This document shows, one piece after another, positions 13,338 to 23,892 of a DNA stretch of 64,000 nt. Positions within the stretch are counted from its first letter, which is position 1. The number at the start of each line of letters is the position of its first letter. A program made the position numbers and the translations under genes. The DNA comes from Okamejei kenojei (lineage: Eukaryota), in the NCBI GenBank assembly GCA_035221665.1, contig CM069145.1, positions 48,298,001-48,362,000 of the forward strand, given 5' to 3'. The notes under the pieces were generated by a model. That model made no database searches. It was not told where the DNA came from and saw nothing but the letters and a program-made list of their open reading frames with translations.

Positions 13338-13444
13338 CACCTTGCGGTTTCTCGGGAGTACGACAGTGACTCTTTGAAAAGATTCAGCTGGACGGCAGAT
13401 ACACTGGACAACGTCAACCTCATCTCCAGCCCCATCCATTCGGG
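13338..13444 (+). CDS. ANK3: ANK3 exon (HLAVSREYDSDSLKRFSWTADTLDNVNLISSPIHSG)
   Basis: Pyrimidine tract plus tag acceptor, gtaagt donor at 13445, 107 nt, phase 0 to 2. Matches ankyrin DTLDNVNLVSSPIHSG. Confidence 0.95.
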
Positions 13445-15532
13445 GTAAGTTGCAGTTTGCGTAATCCGGAATGATTTGTGAAATGTCATACAGGCAATAT
13501 CCTTGCTGAATCTGCAGAGGTTGAGTTTAGTTTTGTTCGGAGATGCAGCGTGGAAGCAGGCCCTTCGGCCCACCGAGTCCGCGCCGACCAGCGATCACCT
13601 GTGTGTTGGCTCCATCCAACGCACCAGGGACAATTTATAGAAGCCAATTAACCTACAAACCCGCATGTCTTTGGAATGTGGGAGAAAACCGGAGCACCTG
13701 GAGGAAACCCACGTGGTCACATGGAAATTTTCAAACTATCTACGGACAGCGGCCATAGTCAGGATTGAACCCGGGTCTCTGGGGCTGTGAGACAGCTCTA
13801 TCGCTGTGCCAATGTGCCGCCCTTCCAGTGAGGGAGCTTTAATGGACGTTTAGGTGCTTAGGTTACACAAAGCAAGTGCTTTCTTCCTATCTATTCGATG
13901 TATTTCAAAAGTTGAATCCCCTCCACTGCTGGTTTCTTAAGATTCGGTGTGGTGGTTGCATGTTTAACAAAAAAGGGAAGAGAAGTCTTGTATTCAGTTA
14001 AAATGTAGAAACAAGGAACTGCAGGTGAAGAAGGGTTTCTACAGACTGAGTCTGGGGAGAGGGAGACACAGAGATAAGGAAGTGTAAGGTGTGAAACTGA
14101 GACAAAGGGGTTGGTGTTGCAGAACTCTCGTCTGAGGGAGGAGGAGAACTTCTTTAAAGTAGACATACCCTGAGGAGGTTTCGCACTGTTTACAGGAAAG
14201 TCTAGCTCCTTATAGCTCCTAGAGGTGCATGGTATTTGCGATTAATTTATTTTAATGTATTATGGTCAAGGAGCCTTCAAATTCCGGTACTGTGGACTGG
14301 CTTACATTAACGCACTGTGATCCATGTAACATGAGCATAGTTAAAAGTAAGTAATAAAAACATAGCAACTGAAGATGACATTGAGTGAACAATCCCATCC
14401 CTTGCAAACAAGGCACTTTAAGAAGCGAGGGAGGATTTGTCTGTAAGTTTGTACAATTTTATTTTAAAACTTAACAAAAGACAAATCCAGCATCTGCAGT
14501 CCTTTCTTACACAAAAGACAAATCCTTTCATATTGCAAATCAAAGCAGCATTCATGATAAAATACAATGCCTCACAGGGCTAAGTTCCAGGTCCAGTAAT
14601 TTTTATAGAGCACAGTGAATTATTTTCAGGCTTCCACCAGAGGAATATTCCAGTCTTAAAAAAAAAACTAGAAAGTGCCTGGCCCCATGGAGTACTTTGA
14701 CAAGGGTTTGGCATCCGAACAATTCAAAGTTTGATAGACTGCATTCCAGCAGGGATTTCTTTGGCTGTTTGCTGAGCTTGGTATGTGCCCTTGCCACATG
14801 GTGCAGTGAAAACGCAAAGATTAATTTCACCTAATCCCAGATGATCGCAGAATAATCCAAATTTAAAATATTTTGCATAAAACTTCCTGTTTATCGTTTT
14901 GGATATTTGCGATTGGAACAATATTGTATATTTGGGAAGTTCTCTGACATCCCAGTAGATGGTAAAGAGCACTTAATTGGGGTTTTTGAAGAAAAAGGGG
15001 AAAAAAAAACTGTAGATGTATAGCAGGTCAGGCAGTTTCTTTTGAAAGAGAAAAACAGATCATTTCAGACTGACGAATTTACAGCAAAACGGACAATTTG
15101 AAGCGAAGATGGAGTAGATGAAACTGATAAAAGCATTTTACAGTTACGTTTATTGTTGCATGTACTGAGGTACAGTGAAAAGCTTTTGTTGCGTGCTATC
15201 CAGTCAACAGTAAGGCAATGCATGATGACAATCGAGCAAACATGTTTTAAGTTGCAGAGAAAGGGAAGGATGTATTCCCTTTACCTTCTAATTTCCAGGC
15301 TGTCTATGTTTGTCCAGGTTGTCTCCCAGCCAGGCTGATGCCTCCAGTCAAGTGAGATGCTCAATATGCAATATTCAAGCACTTTACAAACTTAAGAGTT
15401 AGGAACAAGAAAATGCCGTTTGGTCAGTTCAAGTCAAGAGAGTTTATTGTCATGTGTCCCAGATAGGACAATGAAATTCTTGCTTGCTGCAGCATGACAG
15501 GATATTGTAGTCATAAATACAGATCAGATCAG

Positions 15533-15689
15533 NNNNNNNNNNNNNNNNNNNNNNNNNNNNNNNNNNNNNNNNNNNNNNNNNNNNNNNNNNNNNNNNNNNN
15601 NNNNNNNNNNNNNNNNNNNNNNNNNNNNNNNNNNNNNNNNNNNNNNNNNNNNNNNNNNNNNNNNNNNNNNNNNNNNNNNNNNNNNNNNN
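15533..15689. other. Assembly gap (157 N)
   Basis: Run of n characters. Confidence 1.
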
Positions 15690-16849
15690 AATATCATGAG
15701 GCCATATCATGAGTGTTTACTTTTTGTAGTTTAGAGATACAACGCTAAAACGGGCCCTTCGGCCCACCGAGTCCGCACCGACAAGCGATTTCCCCCACAT
15801 TAACACTATCCTACACTCAAGATAGTTTTTGTATTCATACCAAACCCATAACCTACAAACCTGTCTGTCTTTGGAGTGTGGGAGGAATCCAAAAGTTCTT
15901 GGGGAAAACCCAGGGCAGGAGGGCCTGTTCTTGTGCTGTACTGTCCTATGTTCTGTGTTGCATGCACCTCCTGCCCGACGGTAGCAGCAAGAAGAGGGCA
16001 CGGCCCGGACAGGTGGGGATCCTTGACTTGGTGTGGAGGGGGTAGAGCCTCCAGCAGATGGACTGGACCGATTGTCCGTTTGACGGGGCAGGGTGGCGGT
16101 CAGCAGGGTCCACGGAGAGGATGGTGCTGTGGAGGCCTGTGGGTAGTGGAACACAGAGATGATCCAGGCTAACCATCCTCGCACCTGCACCAGTCCTCCA
16201 CAGGATGTGTAGAGAACGCTTCCACTCGTGAGAGAGTCCAGGAACAAGAAAAAAAGGACGTTCCTTTCGAAGCTGGGGAGGGAATTTATTTAGCCAGAGG
16301 GTGGTGAATATGCCCATTTCCGCAGAAAGCAGTGGAGCCCAAGTCGTTGGGAATTTTTTAAGCGAAGATTGATACGTTCTTGATTTGTAAGGCCTTCAAA
16401 GGGGGGGTGGGGGGGGGGGGGGCGGAGAATGGGGTTGAGAGGGGAAAATAGATCAACCATGATTGAATGGTGGAACAGACTCAATGGGCCGAGTGGCCTA
16501 AGTCTGCTCCTGCATCTTATGATCGTTGGATCTTTTGCATCTGTGGGATAATATATCGCAACGCCTTACCCTTGGAAAGGATCGCTGTGCCATTGCATTA
16601 CTGCCGAGCCATTGAAAAGTCTATCTGATTAGTTCCGCCCCCTTGCTGTTTTACCGCAAACCTCCAAATGTTTCCCACTATTGAATGTTGACAACACTGA
16701 AGCTGCAAATGGATGGCTGGGACAATCGTGGGTGCTTTCCCCGGTAGCTGCTGATAATTTTCCGACGTGTTCGTGAACGGTGGGTGAACAGCCGCTGGCT
16801 GGCTTCCCTGATCCCGAAGCGACTCGCTCATTCTTGTTTTTTTTTTTTT

Positions 16850-16852
<3 letters not shown>

Positions 16853-16887
<35 letters not shown>
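16853..16887 (+). repeat. (CT)n microsatellite forming the polypyrimidine tract of the ZU5A exon
   Basis: An uninterrupted ct run ending 7 nt before the exon start. Confidence 0.95.
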
Positions 16888-16889
<2 letters not shown>

Positions 16890-16894
16890 TGCAG

Positions 16895-17119
16895 TTTCCT
16901 CGTCAGCTTCATGGTGGACGCCCGCGGCGGCTCGATGCGCGGCAGCCGGCACAACGGCATGCGCATCGTCATCCCGCCCCGCAAGTGCACGGCGCCCACG
17001 CGCATCACCTGCCGCCTGGTGAAGAGGCACAAGCTGGCAAGCCCGCCGCCCATGGTGGAAGGGGAAGGGCTGGCCAGTCGACTGGTTGAAGTTGGGCCGT
17101 CCGGTGCCCAGTTCTTGGG
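16895..17119 (+). CDS. ANK3: ANK3 ZU5A exon containing the spectrin-binding DAR motif ([21 protein letters not shown]...GAQFLG)
   Basis: (CT)n tract plus cag acceptor, gtaagt donor at 17120, 225 nt, phase 2 to 2. ORF 16911..17123. Confidence 0.97.
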
Positions 17120-17642
17120 GTAAGTTTGCCGCTCTGCTCTCGGTGATCCATTCCACACTGCTCACCTTCTACACTTTATTTTGGGTCGTGGATTAACGCT
17201 GCCGGTCACAGCTAGTTGTGTGCGAGCTCTTTGGTTTTTGGAGGCTGGGGAGGGAGGGGACATTGGAAGCTGACTTTTAACAATTTGTGTGCTGTTTCTT
17301 TGTGAGAGCCATCTCCTCAAAAATCAGTCAGTGAGCAGGATAAATGTGGAAGGATGAATGATGGCCAATTTGAAAGACCATAATATTCCATTGGTGGAAA
17401 GTAAAATTGGACATGTTTGTCTGTTCAACTGCAAACGCCCAATTTTAAGGTTCCTCTCTGAACAACTGCCACATGGTTCCAACTATTTTGCAGTACCTGG
17501 TAACTTTTTTGCTCATTCTGTTTAGAATAAGTTTTGCAAATGCTCCATTCAAATCTTAGATACTGTTCGGAATGACAGTCTCTTCATTGTTTTTTTTCTC
17601 CACTTTTTGTTTCCCTTTACTGCTGCATGGATGTTTTTTCAG

Positions 17643-17741
17643 TAAACTTCACCTTCCTACCAACCCTCCCCCTCTCAACGAGGGTGAGAGCTTGGTTAGC
17701 CGAATCCTGCAGCTTGGTCCTCGTGGAACAAATTTTATTGG
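17643..17741 (+). CDS. ANK3: ANK3 99-nt cassette exon, an internal duplicate of the ZU5A segment (KLHLPTNPPPLNEGESLVSRILQLGPRGTNFIG)
   Basis: ttttttcag acceptor, gtaggc donor at 17742, symmetric phase 2 to 2, no stop codon. Aligns without gaps to the last 33 codons of the previous exon. An equivalent cassette is known in ANK2/ANK3. Confidence 0.88.
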
Positions 17742-19608
17742 GTAGGCTGTTTATTAAAAAGATACAAACTGTCACAGCAGATTTTTTTTTTTTTCTCTCT
17801 CTTCATTTTCTTTGGTATTTATTTTGAGTCATTCCCCATGTTTTTCTGTTTTCTTTTTTGGAAAAAAAAAAAAAAAACCCACCACACACAACTTTCAGTT
17901 TTGTCGCTGAGAGAAAATCATACTGGCTTGATCTATTGAAGCACTGTTGTTTTAAGCTTGGCGCTTACAGGCATGTTTCTAATTCACTGCAAGCATTCTG
18001 CCTCCATAACTGCTTTACGTCATCCGTCGGGAATCTATCAGCTGCATCAACTGCATTCAGTGATAAGTGACCGCTCTTTACATCCAATATTGGGTATAGA
18101 GAAGGTATCAGCGGAAATAGATGCGACTTTGTGTCAGATGGTAACAAGAAGTTAAATCGACTGAAGTCCGTAAAAATCGGACAATGGTTCATTTACTTGC
18201 CAACCTTTCTGCCGGCCCGGCAAAATGCCTTCCATGTTAACAAAATAATTTGTTAGACGTGCATGGGCCACACTTGCAAAATAATGGGAAAAGTCCACTA
18301 TAATTTTTTTTTTTTTTTTTTTCAGACATTCTTAAAAATAGCAAAATTGGTATTTTAACCTGTCTATCCTCAAAACGTTGCAGAAGAATATCTGCTCAAA
18401 AAATTTGGTGTTTAGTAAGGAGCTAGTCAGATACATCATGGTATTGCTAGCGTTTCTGCTTGGTAAAGTTCAGGTGAAAAACGTGTCCCTCGATTACCAA
18501 TGGTTCGGTACGTTCTCTATATCCATGTGTTCATTCTGGTTGGCTTGCACCTCACGTAGGAAATTATCAATCTGACGATATGTACTTTCAGTGAACAGTG
18601 TAAGTTTTTGGTGCCGCGTAAGGCTGTATGTCCAAGGTGGGGCACCAAAGTGTGTGTTGTATCTCCATTGCATCCTTCAGTGATCACGCGCGCATTATCG
18701 GCATATTTGTAAGCAAAAAAAAAAAAAAACGGGTTTACTGTGTGCGTGCCCAGCGTTGAATATTATGAAGTGGAATGTTAGAAATGTAAGAAGCACGAGA
18801 ACCATTTCTTCATTTCCAAAATTCTGGCCAACAGAGAGAAAGAGAGAGTGAGAAAGAGAAAGGTCTGGGGTGTGTTACAAAATGCAAGAGTCGCTATTTT
18901 ACTGTTTTTTGTCGAGTGTTTTGGTATAAAGTAACGATATTTTCAACAGACGGAAACCTTAATTAAAAGGGTTTGGGGGGGGGTGGGAATCCTACAAAGG
19001 GCTACAAAGTTCCATTCTCAAGCTCAATTCTTTAGTATTTAAGTTGCTAATTATAGAGATTGAATGTGTAAATCGCACAGCCACCTTCAACCACCACCAA
19101 CTTTCTCCTCGCTTTGGAGATGGTTGTGAGGATGTAATCTTCGATTTGATTAATTTAACAGAGCCTGTATAAATGACTGATAAAACAAACTGTCTCATGC
19201 TTTCATGAGGGCCATGTCGATATAATATCCTAATGTATTTTTCGAGTTTAAATCGTGTTTACAACCTTTTTGACTATGGGTTGTGAAATCTTCACGGAGT
19301 AAGACCTTTTCTCCCAGAAACATTAAATGGCCATGAATTGTACTGGAAAAAAAAACTCAATTTATAAATTTACTGCAGAGGTATGAAAACACATAGCAAA
19401 AAATGAACGAGCTTTATCTTGAGTGTAGCAATGGTTTCTTCAATCGGAGGATAAAAATGATCCAAGTTTGGGTAGGGGCAGTGTAAAGGGTTAAAAAACC
19501 CCATCTCAATCGTGTTGTAATGGGGAATTCAAATAGCTGTTGGAAGAGTTAAGGACATGCCTCGGGGTGCCAAAGAGTGATCATGCAATCAATGTTTCTC
19601 CTTTCCAG

Positions 19609-19763
19609 CCCTGTGATTGTGGAGATACCCCACTTTGGTTCAATGCGAGACAAAGAACGGGAGCTTATCGTACTCCGGAGTGAGAATGGGGAGGTCTGGA
19701 AGGAGCACCAGTACGACTACCAAGACCAGGAGCTCAGTGATATACTAAACGGTATGGATGAAG
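19609..19763 (+). CDS. ANK3: ANK3 ZU5A exon ([27 protein letters not shown]...LNGMDE)
   Basis: ctttccag acceptor, gtgagc donor at 19764, 155 nt, phase 2 to 1. Lies within ORF 19577..19912. Confidence 0.96.
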
Positions 19764-20004
19764 GTGAGCATCCACTTCCCAGCAGCCATTTTGGTTTCTG
19801 CTTGACGAAACTACTGTTTTTGACCCATTCCGATCGTTATCGTGCCAAGTGCCTGGAGACCTCTATTTATATTGGTCACAGTTTTGAAGAGCTCCGAAAA
19901 GAAAAAAAATAGAGAAATTCCATTTGAAAAAAGTTTGAACGTTAAGGAATATATTGACACTGTTCTCTTTTCTTTTCTAATGTACAGTGACATAGCACCG
20001 TTAG

Positions 20005-20975
20005 CAATAATAACATTTCTGCAGCTCTGTAGGGCTTTGGTTTGGTCACATTTGGAGTATTGCGTGCACTTCTGGTCGGCCCATGACAAGAAAGATGTGG
20101 AGGCTCTGGAGAGGATGCAGAGGTGGTTTCCCAGAATGTTGCCCGTTTCAGCTACAGGGAGCGGTTTGGATGAACTTGGATTATTTTCTCTGCAACATCG
20201 GTGGTTGAGGGAGACTTGGTGGAAGTATATTAAATGATTAGAGGCATAGATAGGGTAGACAGTCAGAATATTTTTCCCAGGGTGCAAATGTCCAACACTG
20301 TAACCGTAAGGTGAGAGGGGGAAGGTTCAATGGAGATGTGCGGGGCAAGTTTTTTATTTTTACACAGGGAGTGATGGGGGCCTGGCCAGGGGTGGTGGTG
20401 GAGGCAGTAATGTAATGCTGAGGCTTCATAAGATGCTGGTCAGGCCACATTTGGAATATTGTGAGCAGTTTTGGGCCATATATCTGAGGAAGGATGTGCT
20501 GGCATTGGAGAGAGAGTCCAGAGGAGGTTTAGGAGAATGAGCCCAGTTAATGTATGAGGAGCGTTTGAATTCTCTGGGCCTGTACTCGCTGGAGTTTGAG
20601 AAGGGATGTCATTGAAACCTGCCAATTAGCGACATGCCTGGATAGAGTGGATGTGGAGAGGATGTTTCCAGTTGTGCGAGAGTCTCGGACCAGAGGGCAC
20701 AGCGTCAGAATAAAAAGGCGTACCTTTAGAAAGTAGATGAGGAGGAATATCTTTAGCCAGAGGGTGGCAAATCTATGGAATTCATTGCCTCGGACACCAG
20801 TGCTGCCCCAGTCATTGGATATTTTTAAGACTGAGATTGATAGGTTCTGGATTAGTAAGAGGGTCAAAGGTTGTGCGGAGAAGGCAGGAGAATGAAAAAT
20901 AGATCAGCCATGATCGAATGGCGGAGTGGACTCGATGGGCCTCAAAGGCCTAATTCTGATCCTACGCCTTATGAT
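20005..20975 (+). mobile_element. Two tandem degenerate CR1 LINE 3' fragments
   Basis: LEYCVHFW...LERMQR...LGLFSL motifs occur twice (about 20010 and 20425), ending in a CR1 3' UTR. Boundaries approximate. Confidence 0.8.
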
Positions 20976-21917
20976 TTGTGGCCATGACAGTGCTCCCTGA
21001 TTAGTAACGCAACTCCTGTACCTCTGGTGCCACCCTCTCGATCTCGTATGAAGCACAGAAAGGCCGGAACACTGAGCTGCCAGTCGTGTCTCTTGCAGTT
21101 ATGTTTTTCGCAATGGCCACAACATCAGTCGCAAGCACCATTCAAACCACTTTAATTTTATCTGCTTTCTCCGCAATAACCCTTGCAGTGAGATAAACAC
21201 TTATCAGCCCATTGCCATTACCATCTTCCTTCATCTGTCCCTGACAGTCCTTTCTTTTGAGACCAGTTGGTCCTAACCTGTACCTTCCTATCACTCTGAC
21301 CAATTTCTGCCAAGCTATCCTGTTTCCACAAGTTATAGGAGTAGAATTAGGCCATTCGGCCCATCGTGTCCATTCCGCCATTCAATCATGGCTGATCTCT
21401 GCCTCCTAATCCCATTTTTCTGCCTTCTCCCCATAACTCTTGACACCTGTTCTAATGAAGAATTTGTCTATCTCTGCCTTAAAAATATCCACTGACTTGG
21501 CCTCCACAGCCCTCTGTGGCAATGAGTTCCACAGATTAACTACCCTCTGACTAAAGAAGTTCCTCCTCGCCTCCTTTCTGAGGCTATGACATCTGGTCCT
21601 AGACTCTCACTAGTGGAGACATCCTTTCCACATCCACTCTCTCTGTGACTTTCATTATTCTGTAAGTTTCAATGGAATCCCTCCCCCCTCAACCAGCGAG
21701 TAGAGGCCCACTGCTGTCATCATATGCCAACCCACTCATTCCTGGAATCATTCTTGTAAACCTCCTCTGTTCCCACCAACAGCCCACTCCCCTGGGACCA
21801 CACCATAGCAGCAAACATCCTAAAATGTTTGATCCACCAACTTTAATATTTTTACAATGCCTGCACTGAACTGGGAGCAGTTTTAGCCAAACAGCCTGAC
21901 ACACACTAAAAGTCTGT

Positions 21918-22465
21918 GATAGACATAAAATGCTGGAGTAACTCAGTAGGACAGGCAGCATTTCTGGATAGAAGGAATGGGTGACATTTTGGGTTGAGAC
22001 CCTTCTTTAGACTGAGAGTCAGGGGAGAGGGAGATGTGGAAAGGTAAGGTGTGAAAACAAGAGATCAAAGGGGACAAAGTTCAAGGAAAATGTAGCATAG
22101 ATCATTGTTAGCTAGGGGAAGGTGACAACAGGGTGTTCAAAGATACAATTTAATCAGGAGGACAGCCAACCTAGTCAGAGAACTAGGATGGGGGAGGAAT
22201 GGAAAGAGAGGGAAAGCAAATGTTAATTGAAGTTACGGAAGTCAATATAACATCAGCGAAATATGAGGTGCTGTTTCTCCAATTTGCGTTGGGCCTCACT
22301 CTGACTATGGTGGGGGCTCAGGACAGAAAGGTCAGTGTGGGAATGGGAGGGGGAGTTAATGTGTTTTAGCAACCAGAAGATCAGGTAGGTCTAGGCGGAC
22401 TGAGCGGAGGCGTTCAAAGAAACAACCGCCGAACCTGCACTTGGTCTCGCCGATATAGAGGATCT
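21918..22465 (-). mobile_element. Penelope-like element 3' remnant
   Basis: The minus strand reads ctctatatcggcgagaccaag (LYIGETK), followed by the same 3' UTR and terminal repeat as the other copies. Confidence 0.78.
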
Positions 22466-22842
22466 GCGTCATTCCCATTAAAATTGTTTTCCTTGTGCCT
22501 TAAACGGGCAGAAGTAACGCCCATGGGATCTTGCACTTGGATTAACACCAAAGGGGGATTGTTGACGCAAGTGTGGTTGGTGGCATTTGCACCTTTCAGC
22601 AATTTACACAGCAATGAGTCATTTCTGTGGTTACACTTTTGGTCCATTTACTTAAGTGAAGCACAGGAAGCATTTACTGACGAATGCCAAATGTTTGGTT
22701 AGGGAAGGGGAGTTTGCCAAGAAATGTGTTGCAAAAAGTAGAGATTTGAGAGGAAGAGTGACGCAGCTACAGTAAGTAGGAGAAGGGGGAAAAAACACAC
22801 TCCAAATGAGATGACTGCAGCAAACAGAGAGCTATGAACTCC

Positions 22843-23147
22843 GCACGGTGACTCAGCGGTGGAGTTGCTGCCTTACAGCACCAGAGAACTGGGTTCGATC
22901 CTGCCTATGGGCTCTGCCTGTATCGAGTTGGTACGTTCTCCCTATGAACTGCATGGGTTTTCTCCGGGAGCTCAGGTTTCCTCCAACACGTGGAGGAAAG
23001 CAATTTTTTTAGGCTAATTGGCTTGGTAAAATTGTAAGTTGTCCCTAGTGTGTGTAGGATAGTGCTAGTGTGCAGGGATTGCTGGTCAGCACGGACTCGA
23101 TGGGCCGAATAGCAGGTTTCCGCGCTGTGTCTCTAAATTAAACGAAA
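22843..23147 (+). mobile_element. tRNA-derived V-SINE (HE1-like); representative + strand copy (others at ~24888, 25800, 28560, 31282, 31870, 36770)
   Basis: A-box (ggtgactcagcggtgg), B-box (ggttcgatcc), V-domain-like core (gtacgttctccc...gggttttctccggg), CR1-shared tail ending ctaaa repeats. Confidence 0.82.
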
Positions 23148-23199
23148 CACAGCTGCCCAGACAAGTGGGAATCACTCGCCATTGACCACACGTATGAGG

Positions 23200-23892
23200 C
23201 ATTGAATATAAGAGTCGAGAAGTCATGTCGCAGTTTTATAGGACTTGGGTCAGGCCGCATTTGCAGTATCGTGTGCAGTTCTGGCAACTCCACTGCAGAA
23301 AGGATGTGCAGGCTTTGGGGAGGGTGCAGAAGAGGTTTACCAAAATGCTTCCTTATTAGCTAGAAGGAGGGAATTGGACACACGTGGATCATTTTCTCTG
23401 GAACATCAGAGCTTGAAAAAAGACATGATAGAGGGACATAAAATTATTGCAGGCACAGAAAGTAAAGTGGCTTGTACTCGCTGGAATTTAGAAGATTGAG
23501 GGGTGATCTCATAGAGACTTACAAAATTCTTAAGGGTTTGGACAGGCTAGATGCAGGAAGATTGTTCCCGATGTTGGGGAAGTCCAGGACAAGGGGTCAC
23601 AGTTTAAGGATAAGGGGGAAGACTTTTAGGACCGAGATGAGAAAATCGTTTTTCACACAGAGAGTGGTGAATCTGTGGAATTCTCTGCCACAGAAGGTAG
23701 TTGAGGCCAGTTCGTTGGCCATATTTAAGAGGGAGTTGGATGTGGCCCTTGTGGCTGAAGGGATCAGGGGGTATGGAGAGAAGGCAGGTACAGGATACTG
23801 AGTTGGATGATCAGCCATGATCATATTGAATGGCGGTGCAGGCTCGAAGGGCCGAATGGCCTGCTCCTGCACCTAATTTCTATGTCTATGTC
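23200..23892 (+). mobile_element. CR1 LINE 3' fragments (young copy from ~23470 nested in an older copy)
   Basis: ORF 23472..23801 plus 3' tail; older degenerate ORF2 sequence upstream and resuming at ~23895. Confidence 0.85.

Noticed and set aside
15318-15351. ccag|gttgtc...caa|gtgaga as the 33-nt pre-ZU5 exon
   Set aside because: It is 34 nt long (frameshifting) and the peptide does not resemble the mammalian cassette.
22843-22925. tRNA gene-like A/B boxes
   Set aside because: These are SINE heads continuous with the V-domain body, not tRNA genes.
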